From the NCBI RefSeq assembly GCF_000143415.4, contig NW_003314349.1, forward strand, positions 443,172 to 507,171: 64,000 nt of DNA, in the 5' to 3' direction. The translations under genes and the position numbers were made by a program. The stretch is from Selaginella moellendorffii. Taxonomy: Eukaryota; Plantae; Lycopodiophyta. Of this stretch, positions 24,088 through 36,263 are shown piece by piece (position 1 is the first letter of the stretch; every line of letters begins with the position of its first letter). Below the pieces are notes generated by a model. It was given only the letters and a program-made list of their open reading frames with translations. It was not told the origin of the DNA and ran no database searches.

Positions 24088-27000
24088 AAGTATCAATTTG
24101 AGAAGTTGAGCAATGGCATATGTTGGGACCCGAAGGCGCGCCGAAGGTAAGCTAATTAGCATGGGTTAGCTAGGTCGACCAGGCGTAGGGAGCTACGCCC
24201 GACTCCCTGCGGGGATGTCGAATCCGTAGACGTATTCTACGGAGGTTGGGTTCGAGTCCCAACCCCCTAGTAAAGCAAGGCTGGGTTCAAGTCCCGACCC
24301 CATACTAGGGCGTGGTGAGGGGTGGAGTATAGGGACACCTATATTCCGTTGTCATGAGCTCTTGGCCGGGGAGGCTAACTTAGGCACACCGCTAAGTGGG
24401 GGGATGCCCCCGGAGACATGGTCAACAAGTCGTAGGATAAAAAAGAGACGTTCGATGTGGGCATCGAACTTCTTCTATGGGTGGTGGAGTTGTAAGGAAC
24501 CAACTCGCCGAGGTGTCGTAGGCTAAGGGAACCCCGAAAGCATGACCAAAATGACAAAGAGTTCATCGGATGGGACCAAGTCAAAGATCGAGTCCAAGAC
24601 CGACTCTAGGACCGAGTTCGAGATAGAGTCCGGAATCGAGTCCAAGACCGACTCGGGGACCGAGTTCGAGTCCGAGTTCGAGACCGAGTTCGAGACGGAG
24701 TCCGAGATCCGAAATCGGGTCCGAGACCGAGTCCGAAGTCGAGTCCGAGGTCGGGCCCGAGATCGGGTCCGAGATCGAGTCCGCGATCGAGTCCGAGACC
24801 GAATCCGAAGTCGGATCCGAAATCGGATCCGAGATCGAGCCAGAGACTAAGTCCAAATACTAATACGGGTCAAGGGGTGAAAGCCCAAAGCGTGCGTCCC
24901 CCAGGGGGGGGGGGCTGCAGGGGGTTCCAAAAGTATAGTAGGGATAGTGAGGTCCAGGAACCAGTTTAGAAGGGACTCTCCAGTGGGGCTCCCAAACTGA
25001 CTTGAGGTTGGGACTGGGACCGAGGGGCCTTGGGTGGGAGTGAGCATGGACTTGGTTGGTGCCGGAGGGGCCATCCAAGGAAGTGCTCAAGAGCAGCTCC
25101 CACTCCCGAAAGGGAAACCGATTGCGGTGCTCCCGGCTCATGTGGAGTGGTGCCCCACTTGAGTACCATGCGGCTCATTGGTCCTCGCCCTTCCTAGGGG
25201 CTTGGGCCTTCCTTCGGGATGGAAGTGGGGGGCGAGAGGTACCCATGCCGGGCCGTTAGGCCACGGTGTTTCGCCCCGGCGTCCCGAAGCAAGTGTTGCA
25301 CTCAAGACTTGGGATTTAGAGGGTCCCATGAACAAGTCTTGTGGTACCAAGGGATGTTAGGAACCTGGAAGCTTGGTGTGCTTGGCTGCTTGTGCTTGCG
25401 GGGAGTGTAGCCGAACCTTAAGTCCAGTCTAACCCGGGGAAGGGGATTGGGAGTGATTTGGGAATCCGTGGAAGGATGGCTAACACTCCGTTGCTCGTGT
25501 AGTGAGTAGCTGAAACCAAGTAGGAGTTGGTACCATAGGCGAGAACCTTGGCAAGGGAACTTAGCAAAAGCCAAGGCAGTGTTGGACGGATAGACGAGGT
25601 AAGCTGGCAAATTGGAAAGGAAAAATTTGTGGCTTACATTTATGTTCCCTTAGTTTCTCAAACACCTTCGCCAAGTGTTCGGCATGCTCCTCTAGCGTCT
25701 CGCTATAGATCAGGATGTCGTCAATATAGACGACCACGAAGTGATCCAGATAGGGTACAAAGATGTGGTTCATCAACGCCAAAAACGTTGCCGGCGCATT
25801 GCACAGCCCAAAGGGCATCACCAAAAACTCAAAGCTCCCATACCTCGTTCGACAGGTTGTCTTCTCGACATCTTCCTCGGCTACCCTGATCTGGTAGTAT
25901 CCTGACCTTAGGTCAATCCTCGAGAAGTATTTTGCCTTTCCCAACCTATCGAACAGGTCCTCAATCCTTGGCAACGGGTACTTGTTCTTCTTGGTATACT
26001 TGTTGAGCAACCGGTAATCTATACACATGCGCATAGATCCATCTTTCTTTTTCATAAATAATATCGGCGCCCCATACGGCGACTTGCTCAACCTAACATA
26101 CCCTTTGCCCACCAACTCCTCTAGTTGGCACTTGAGCTCCTTGAGTTCTTTTTCGTTCAAACGATAGGGGGGACGAACCACCGCCTCAGCACCCTCGACC
26201 AGCTCAATCTTATGTTCTATCGGTCGTGCGGGGGGTAACCCCGCCGGTAGCTCCTCCGGCATGGTATCCTGGAATTGGTCCAACACCCGCTGGATCACTA
26301 AAGGTACTTCTTCCGTTCCTGTCTTTTTGTCACTCTTCACCGAGAGTAAGCACAAAAAGGCTGCTTTAGTTCCTTTAGTGAGTTGTCTTCTCGTGGACAC
26401 CAGGTTTAAACAAGATTCTTTGGCCTTGCTTTGCCCTACCTTTAGATCCTGGGCCTCCACCCTAGATCTTCTTCCTTGGGCATTCGCCAGTACCACAAGG
26501 TTCCTACCTTGTCCATGCAGGGCTACCACGAACCGATTGAACCAATCCATTCCGAAGATCACGTCAAATCCCGCCATGTCTAACACGGTGAAATCCATGT
26601 CTACTTTCCATGTCCCTACTTCGACTCTCGCTTGTCGAAGTACCTCATCGGTGCTTTGGCTACCTTGAACAAACTCTATAGTCCTTGGTTCGCCTAGCCA
26701 CTGCACTGTTAGTCCGGCTTGCCGGACTATGTCTGCAGCCACAAAATTATCCGAAGCACCCGTATCAATAAGGATCTTAACAAAGCTACCTCCGAGCTTC
26801 CCTCGGAGGGCTAGTAGATGTCGCGAACGACTCTCTACCAAAGTTGCTCGTGTAATGAGCAACTTTGAGTTAAGGACTGGATCACATACCTCAGTTTAGA
26901 CTTCACCCGACTTGATGGCCATATTGGCTCTAGCCTTCTTCGGGTAGGGACATTCCCTCGAGAAGTGTCCTGCTTCACTGCAGTTGTAGCATATGTTGTT

Positions 27001-27520
27001 TCCCACGCTGCTATATGACTTGACCTTCTTATCCGTGGGTTTGTCTCTTTTCGCTTGACTCCCCCACGTACTTGCTCGCTGGCCACCGGATTTGCCTTTC
27101 CGGAACCCCGAGGACTCATTCTTAAAGAAACTCTTCTTGAATTTCCCCCTGCTATATGTTCCCCTTGGTTTGGCCCCTTTGCTAAACATGGATCCCGACC
27201 CCATCGTGTTCCCCTTTCGCAGGTTATCGTTGAAATGCACCTTGATGGCCGCATCCAACGCTTCCTTGTAGTTGGTCGGGTTCCAGCGCATCACCTCACC
27301 GCGAGCCCAGGTTTGCAAACCTGATATGAAGGCATGGAATGCATCCATATCCCCCATGTCCGTGACAAGTATCCTCTTTGCCATGAACCCATTCATATAT
27401 TCCTGGATGGTTCCAGTCTGCTTCAGCCTACTCAGTTCATCCCTCAGATGCAGAGTGGCATTCGGAGGAACATATGTTGCGCGGATCCTCGCCTTCATCA
27501 TGTCCCAAGTGACCACCGGT

Positions 27521-27620
27521 NNNNNNNNNNNNNNNNNNNNNNNNNNNNNNNNNNNNNNNNNNNNNNNNNNNNNNNNNNNNNNNNNNNNNNNNNNNNNNNN
27601 NNNNNNNNNNNNNNNNNNNN
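27521..27620. other. Assembly gap (100 N)
   Basis: N run. Relative to C, the flanks are only 14 nt apart. Confidence 0.99.
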
Positions 27621-28982
27621 CGTTGTTCTCCACCAAGACTTGGCATTATCTGCCAAGTATGGTTTTGCACATGGGACCTTCTCCGAGCTCGGTAACCGCA
27701 ACGCTCGGAAGTAGTCCTCCATATCGTAAAACCAATCCTCCACCACCTTATAGTCATTCACTCCCTTGAAGACCGGTGGGGGCTTTGGTTTGTACTTGGG
27801 AACTGCCTGAGGGACTGATTCCACTTCAGTCTGTTCGACCTTGTCTGGTTTTGCCTCAGTCCCTACCGAAGGGTCCGCACCTTCTGCGCTGCCAGCATCC
27901 GCAGTCTTTCGCCTTTTCTTCCGCTTCTCGTCACGCTTTAGCTTGCGTACGAGAGTCTCCAGCAGGGCATTGGTCTACGCCAATTGACCTTCTAGAACGT
28001 CCAATCGAGCCTTGGACGACCGAACCTCGCCACCGGACTCCTGTTTGGAAGTTTCCTCACTGGAGTCCTCCTCATGCAAGGATTCCTCATCCATAGCCTC
28101 TTGTTCGACTGGAGGCTCCAGCTCTGGCGGAGGTTCCGTCTCCACCTGGGTTCGCTTACGCCCTGCCCTTGCCATCTCCCAGCAATCCGCCTCTATCCTT
28201 CGCTAGAACTGAGGAAAAGGCTCCGATACCAAATTGTAAACCACAAATTTTTCCTTTTCAATTTGCCAGTTTACCTTGTCTATCCGTCCGACACTACCTT
28301 GGCTTTTGCTAAGTTCCCTTGCCAAGGTTTTCGCCTATGATACCAGCTCCTACTTGGTTTCAGCTACTCACTGCACGAGCAACAGAGTGTTAGCCATCCT
28401 TCTACGGATTCCCAAATCACTCTCAATCCCCCTCCCCGGGTTAGACTGGACTTAAGGTTCGGCTACACTCCCCGCAAGCACAAGCAACCAAGCACACCAA
28501 GCTTCCAGGTTCCTAACATCCCTTGGTACCACAAGACTTGATCATGGGACCCTTTAAATCCCAAGTCTTGAGTGCAACACTTGCTTCGGGACGCCGGGGC
28601 GAAACACCATGGCCTAGCGGCCCGGTATGGGTACCTCTCGCCCCCCACCTCCATCCCAAAGGAAGGCCCAAGCCCCTAGGAAGGGCGAGGACCAATGAGC
28701 CGTATGGTACTCAAGTGGGGCACCACTCCACATGAGCCGGGAGCACCGCAATCGGTTTCCCTTTCGGGAGTGGGAGTTGCTCTTGAGCACTTCCTTGGAT
28801 GGCCCCTCCGGCACCAGCCAAGTCCATGCTCACTCCCACCCAAGGCCCCTCGGTCCCAGTCCCAACCTCAAGTCGGTTTGGAAGCCCAACTGGAGAGTCC
28901 CTTCAAAACTGGTTCCTGGACCTCACTATCCCTACTATACTTTTGGAACCCCCTGCAGCCCCCCCCCCCCCCCCCCCCCCCC

Positions 28983-29082
28983 NNNNNNNNNNNNNNNNNN
29001 NNNNNNNNNNNNNNNNNNNNNNNNNNNNNNNNNNNNNNNNNNNNNNNNNNNNNNNNNNNNNNNNNNNNNNNNNNNNNNNNNN
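28983..29082. other. Assembly gap (100 N) after a poly-C run in B's 5' LTR
   Basis: N run. Confidence 0.99.
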
Positions 29083-32000
29083 GACCCGATTTCGGATCTG
29101 ACTTCGGATTCGGGTTCGGACTCGATCACGGACTCGATCTCGGACCCGATCTCGGACCCGACCTCGGACTCGACCTCGGACTCGGTCTCAGACCTGATTT
29201 CGGATCTCGGACTCCGTCTCGAACTCGGTCTCGAACTCGGACTCGAACTCGGTCCCTGAGTCGGTCTCGGACTCGATTCCGAACTCTATCTCGAACTCGG
29301 TCCTAGAGTCGGTCTTGGACTCGATCTCGACTTGGTCCCATCCGATGAACTCTTTGTCATTTTGGTCATGCTTTCGGGGTTCCTTTAGCCTACAACACCT
29401 CGGCGAGTTGGTTCCTTACAACTTATCGGTAGTATTGGTGTTTTCTGGATTGGCGACTTTCATTTCCTAGATGGAGACCTTGGCATCAACAACATATTAT
29501 TGGTGCTGCTGTAATGGAAGATTTAGATACCGAGATACATCCAGAAAATGAGGAGTCATGTGAGTAGCGAAAGGACCTTGCGCGAATAAGTCAGTGACCC
29601 CTTCATTTCTTTTTTTAGAGTATCATCAAAGCGTTCACTCAGCACTAGTTCATCTAGTGTTTATTTTCCAAGTTCATTTTTATAACAAGAAGTCTCCTAT
29701 TATCCTCTTTGTGTTAGTTGATATAGGTTTGAGTTTATCTTGTATTGCTCGACCTATTGCCATATGTTGTTGTTTATATTTGCGTTGTGCGATAGAGCCA
29801 GTTTTCATTCTTTATAGCAATAGCTATACACGGGATAAGGCAAACTTGATTATGCATGTAGGCAATCCCAAGTTTTAGTTGTAGTCATTGTAGATGGTGT
29901 TAAATCAAGCTTTTGACCTCATCCTTGGCATGGATTGGTTGCAATACAATCATGCCAAATGTGACTTTGAGGTTTCTCTTCCTTGTCTCATCTTTCTTGA
30001 TATTTCTTCCATTCTTCTCACTTTTGTACCTTTTCATCTTTCTACTTTTACTTTGCTTTCATCACTTTTGTCTCCCCCCTTACTTCTTCTTAAGTTTCTC
30101 TCTTGTTCCTCTCTTTCCTTTTCCGATCCTTATTACAGTCTTTATGTTGTAGTGATTAACTAACTCATGAAGGAGTATGCCAATTTTTTTGAATTTAACC
30201 TATCATCTAGGGCCAAGATTGCAACACATCATCCTATTCCAACTGGGGATGCTCATCCAATCAAGGTTTTTGTTCATCGTTAGTCACCCAAAAAGAACAT
30301 ACTAATGTTAAGGAGATGCTGGAAAAGGGAGTTATTCAGAAATTGTGAAGTCATTGGGTATGTGAACTTCATTTTGTAATGAAGCCTGATAGGAGTATTC
30401 ATTTTTGCATCAACTACCATCTGTTAAACGAGGTGATGATATCAGATGTGTACCCTCTTCCTCACACTACTGATTTCTTGGATCGTTTGAGGAGAAGTTG
30501 ATTCACCAAATTAGATCTTGTTTTTAGGTACTGGGAAGTACCAATAGCCAAAGAAGATATTCTTAAAATTGCTTCTTTTCGTACACTATTTGGTTTGTAT
30601 GAGTTTTTGGTGATGCCATTTTGTTTAAACAATGCTTCAACAACTTTCCAGCAGATGATTGATGAAGTTCTTTATGATATGCCGGAGGTGACTACTGATT
30701 CATCGATGATGTCTTAATCCACTTAGAGGGGACATGAGAGGAACACATCTGTGATGTTCGTAAAGTGTTAAATCGATTATATGAAGTTAGTGTGAGACAC
30801 AAATCCCAAAGCCCCAAAAGTGGAGTTGAAAGGGTGCTATATGGTAGTGGCTGAAGCGGAAGCCAAACAGAAATAACACATTTGGATTAAAAGCTCTGAC
30901 TTGGACAGTTGAGAGTGAGAGTGCAACTCCTAACGAAATGCTCAAGGAACAAACACAAAGCAAGTAGTAAGTGAGTCTCTAGAAAAGAGACACATGAGGA
31001 CCAACACATGACACATGGGGGAGTTCAAGATAGAGTCCGAGATGGATTCGAGATGGACCCAAGATGGAGTCTGAGATGGACCCGAGATGGAGTCTGAGAT
31101 GGAGTCTGAGATGGAGTCCGAGATAGACTCGAGATGGAGTTTGAGATGGAGTCCGAGATAGAGTCTAAGATGGAACCAAGACTGAGACCAAGACCGAGTC
31201 CAAGTCCAAGTCCGAGTCCAAGTCTGAGTTCGAATCCGAGTTCAAGTCCGAGTTCGAGTCCAAATACTAATACAGGCTGTTGGGTGAAAGCCCAAAACGA
31301 TCGTCCCTCAGGGGGGGGTGGGCTGCAAAGGGTTCCAAAAGTATAGCAGGGAGAGTGTGGGGTTGGACCATAGTGGAGCCAATTTGGCCAAGAAAGGCCA
31401 GTTTGGCCCAGGAAGGCTGTACCCAGGTGTTGGGTGATGAAATAACCATTGGGAAGTCCAAGGCTAATACGGATCGACAAGTGGGGTAGCTTGGTGAAGT
31501 GTTCAAGAGCTAGCTCTAGTTCCCCCAGGAGATCGAATGGTCAATGCTCTTAATCTAAGCGTGGGTAGCACTACCTACTTAGATACCTAGCATGGCTCAA
31601 TGGAACCTTGCTCTAAGCCCATGGCTAGAGCACCCAAAGGCAGAAGGTGGGGAGAGTACTCATGAGGCTCGCATAGGGCCACAGTGTTCCGAAATGTTGT
31701 CCCAAAGTCCTAGTTTGTGGAAAGGAAGAAGAGCAATCCTCTAGCGTAGTGACCAAGAAAACGGTCATGTGGTGAAGAAGTCCTAAAAGACAGTGGGATT
31801 TAGTGGTTGGGCCTGTGGGCCTTGATCCAGTGGCAGTGTTGGTGAATATAGCCATGGACAGAAAAGGGATTTAGTGGAGACTGTAAAAAGGATATTGGGG
31901 AAGGCTATTCCCTATATCTATGGGCATCCTAAGGATGCTAATGAGTGGATCTAGGATGATCACTCATGTACGGATGGCCCAGTCTTTGAGAGACGGGACT

Positions 32001-35000
32001 GTGATGTAGGTGGTGTTGGACCACCGGTGTAACCAAGGTGAATGGGCATGGCTTTAGCATAGCAAGCTCATATATCAGTGATACCTTGGGGTGTCAGTCA
32101 TGAGGTCGGACACGTGGAGCATTTAGACCAAATGCAAAGGTTAAGTGGCAGGGATGCCATTCTCAAGGCTAGCAAGCCCCAAGTCCAGAATTGGACTTAT
32201 GAAGGTTGTTGGAGGGACTCCTCCAAATGGTCAGAGGTGTGGTTAAGTGATTAAAGTAGAATGGAAAATTTAGTCGTTTACATTTTGGTATCGGAGCTAT
32301 TCCTTAGTTCAACTTTTATTGGTGCTCAAGTATATCACCACTTGTGTTGGCATCGGAAAGTCCTAGGAGTGGGCTTATCCTTGAGGAGCAGTAGGTTGGG
32401 AGGACATGGCTCTCCACTACAGTTCATGTGTGAACCTGTAGGCAATATGGTGGATAAAAAAGGGCTAATAAGGGAATGACTTTGGGATCTTGGGAACAAT
32501 ATAAGGTTTTTCTCAGAGAGTTGAGGATGTGATCCAGATGAGCATTTGATTTAGCAAACTGGCTAATATAGTTGTGGTAAACAATTATAATTGGGATCAC
32601 GGGAAAGATAGAGACTCCAAAATAAGAAAAGGAGACACAAAATTATCCTCATATAATTAAGGTTGGTGCTCATGAATTTGATATCGGAATTAATGACCAT
32701 TAGAGGTCAAATACAGATGAGGACACGAGTCCTTGAAATGGTAGTCAGAGCTACATTTAATAAATGTTGGGACAACCTAAGGAGTTAGGGGTGTACTGAG
32801 AGGATGAGTTGGTATTCTCATCATATGGATGAATAGTCCTAAAGGGCAAAAGTAGCCTATGGGGAACAAAAAATAATCAAGTGTCGGAATAACACTTGTA
32901 ATGGTGGCCCTAGTGAGTAGAACATGAACACAAGAAGTTGTATTCCAACAAGTTGACACCTCAAAAGTAAGACATTATAGATCGTGGGATTAGTAAAGTC
33001 CAAAAAGTTGAATGACTTGAGTGGAGTTAAAGAATGGTTCCAAACGATTGATGGAAGCATTTGGACTAAAGTGTGTTGTGCCCCATGAAGGATGTGGAGG
33101 ATCATAAAATCCAAGCATGAGAATAGTGGGTATCTCATTAATGGCAGAATGTACCATATTAAACTCATGGGAAAAGTTTTCCCAGAAGAAAACAACTTTA
33201 ACACAAAGTTGTGTGTAAACTTTATAGTGTAGTGCTAACAGATAGTTGGCATGAGAAACAATTGTATTGGTCTTGGCAAAAATCTAGACACATATAAAAA
33301 TGTCACAAAAGTAAGCTTATGAAGCCGATGGTGTGGAGACACTAAATATGTCAAGGCGTGATGCCTTGAGGTTAAGTTAGCAGGTTTATAAGAACCCCTT
33401 GCCAAAAAAATCCTAATAGAAGTGAAAATGGTATAGCTTGAGATGGAAGGCGGTTAGAGTGTGGTGACCCAAATAATGATGAAGGTGTGGAAGCATCGGC
33501 AATGAGTTGTAGGACTTGACAATTATGAGGCAACTAAGCAAAAGATGCAAAATAATTGATCAAACTGGTAAAAGGTAACTACCCAAAACATCTTATTGGG
33601 ATAAGGAAATTAAATATACCTTTATGGGGGATAAATTGCTTATGTTGTGATATAATAAGTCAATATCGTAAAAGAAATGCTCATTGTAAAAGAAAGCCAT
33701 CGTTTGGGATACCCAAACACTCTAAAATATCAAGAAGTGGTGTTTGGTATCATGAGGGCGTTAAATAAGGCCCCAAGAGACTAAGTCCCTAGCGAATGAT
33801 GAATAGAACGTGCTATTTAAACATCCAAGGTTGCAAAGACGGGAGAAATCTGTATATCCGAATTAGACAAAGCCAAAAAAGGATTTTGGCAAGACTAGTG
33901 ATGGCCATATAACGCCCATAAGTAGCAACATTAATCCCGGTGTATAGGATTACAAAGTGAGCATACCCGGATTGAAGAACCATTCCCTAGGCTATCAGGT
34001 AAATTCATCCTTAAGAATACTTGCTAAGGCATGGTAGATAGTGCAAAGCTATCCTCTTAGTCTGGAGGAAAATAACCGAAGGAAACATGTGAGGCCAAAA
34101 AGCAAGTAGTAAAATGATAGAATCGAACCAAAGGGCATAACCAAGGGTGGTTATGCAAGTTGGAAGTGGAGAATAAAGTGAGTGCTCAAGCATGTTATTA
34201 TTAACAACCATGATGCCATGAAAAGTCTAATGTATGGAATTATCCATATTAGACTATATGGCAATTAAAAAACTTGTGAAAGGAGAGGCCTTAGCAAGTT
34301 AAAGGATAGAGTCCCTTCAAAAGTTCCCAAAGACAATTCTAAGTAGATTAGTACCTAAAAAGACAAGCGTAAATGACTTGTAGAACATGCAAAATCAAAG
34401 TGGCGCAGCAGAAGCGTAGTCTTGAAGCTTGGCATGAGGCGAGGCTATCAAGGTTGGGGAAGTAATCCTTGAGTGTTCAAAGAAAGGGCTTTGAACAAAA
34501 GTCAATGGTTAAGGACTTTCACGCTTATACATGAAACTATATTACTTTAGTTGGGAGACTTACTAAGCGAAATTGGCAAGTTGGGGGGAATAAAGACCCT
34601 AGTTGAAGGTATTGATTTTAAAAAGGGGTGGCTTATGGGGCCAAACATAGAGGAGTCTATGTATGATCACAAACTTGTCAAGTGAGAGGATTTGGCAGTT
34701 TGAAGGAATTAAATTCCTAAGCTGTGATCTATAGCGCGCTTTAAATATAAGTTGGTGCATTGGCATAAGGAGTCACGCTAAGCATTTTGTATGATGCCGT
34801 CTGTAGATGCATATATGGAGCTTGGGTTCAAGTCCCGACCCTCTAGTGCTTGGGTTCGAGTCTCAACTCACTAGAGTGCAGTGATGGTTGGGAATATGAA
34901 GACACTCATTTTTTGGTGGTCATTGACTCTCAATAAGGAGATTGGCTTGGGCACACTGCCAAGTGGGGGATGTCCCAGAGTCATGATGCATAGTTAGATT

Positions 35001-36263
35001 GCTTAGTGTGAAAGTTCAGTATATCTAACTTGAACACTTTGGTGCAAGTGGAACCAAGGACATGGTGAATGAAATGGGGACACCCAATCTCAATTGCTAT
35101 GGACCCTTGGCCGGAAGAATTAACTTGGGTGCACTATTAAGTGTGGGGGATGCCCTCAGGGTCATGGTCAACAACTTAAAGGTTTAGAAGATCTAGTACC
35201 TATTAACAAACCAATTAAGGTGTCAAAGGTAGATTGCTAAGTGATTTTACAGCTAAGCAAAGACAAGGTCCTTGTGAGGTTAAGGAATAAGGTTCCTAGT
35301 TCAAAGTGTTGATTTAAACTATTGATAATGGTGTGGCTTGGTCAAGGTGATCAAGTGGGAAGAACACGTAAAGGAAATAAGCTATATCAATGTGATGGCA
35401 TAGTGAGTCCAAAGAAAGTAATGTCGAGGAGAGACCTATAGGAGGGTCACAAAGTTAGACTGTGGATAGAGTATATAGTAAAAAATGTTAAAGAGACTTA
35501 CTAGGGGTGAACACCTTCTATAATTGGTAAAACAAAGTCTTTGCTATGGAACCAAAAAGAAACCTTGAGAATGGAGGTAGTGATTTTATATTGTTGGGTG
35601 CAACAATCAAAGGATAGGAGCAAAGGACTAGTGGCTAGGAAAAGAGCCATAGGAATCATGGGAAGGAATCTAAATGGCAAAGTTAGGCTAAGAACACTAA
35701 GGTGTTAGATGCTAACGGATTGTGAGAAGGGTTCTAAAGATGGATTTTAAACTGCTCCAATTTGGCAAAAGTGGAAGCTCCAAGGGAGGGAGCGGCTAAG
35801 TAGCCAAATGATAGGGCCATGGACAGCCTTAGCACAAATTATGATAACTGGAATTTAATGCCAAAAGTGGCAAGAAATAAAAAAAAGGATGATGGCCCTC
35901 AAGTAGAGAACTTCCTAGGATAGAGAAGTGGAATTTGCACAATATGTGTAATGCAAGGTGATGAGGGCACCCAGGAAATTGACTTTGAGAAGTCAAAATT
36001 AAAAGTTCTAAAGTGTAAAAGTTATATCAATGAAAGTTGAGACTATTCGAGAATAAATAGTGGGATTGAGATAGAGAAGGTGTCTCTAAGGGGTTTAGCA
36101 AGAATTAAACCAATAAAAGGAAAAAATCACCACAAGTAGTTGAAGGAGTCTCTAAGTTGGAAAGGCTATGTTCCTTAGAGGATGGACGAGGTATGGTGAG
36201 CCTTCGGTGTCAAACCATTGACAAATATTGGCTAAGTGTCAAAGATGGAAAGGGTAATACATG

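Larger units (their letters stand above)
18111..25638 (+). mobile_element. Element C: near-intact chromovirus of the same family as B, inserted antisense into B's RT, TSD TTTAT
   Basis: LTRs 18111-19258 and 24491-25638 (1148 bp each, about 8 differences by eye). TTTAT at 18106-18110 and 25639-25643. Met-tRNA-type PBS at 19262-19274, PPT ATGGGTGGTGGAGT ending at 24490. Confidence 0.97.
14235..29420 (-). mobile_element. Element B: full-length chromovirus (Ty3/gypsy), TSD ACTTA, disrupted by nonsense mutations and by element C
   Basis: 5' LTR 28235-29420 (contains an N gap), 3' LTR 14235-15381, TG...CA ends, ACTTA at 14230-14234 and 29421-29425. PBS TGGTATCGGAGCC at 28231-28219, PPT beside 15382. 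Gag-PR-RT-RH-IN-chromodomain on the minus strand. Confidence 0.95.

Noticed and set aside
24050-24120. Possible third intron after the chromodomain (AT-rich patch)
   Set aside because: The chromodomain is already complete, no conserved motif is restored, and there is no convincing donor/branch/acceptor set.
24244-24300. tRNA gene or SINE
   Set aside because: Only T-arm-like hairpins are present, with no cloverleaf, A-box, tail or TSD. Reported as a structured UTR instead.
14235-29420. B/C inverted arrangement as an assembly artefact
   Set aside because: Each element has its own TSD and matched LTR pair, the copies differ by many substitutions, and B's RT frame continues across the insertion.
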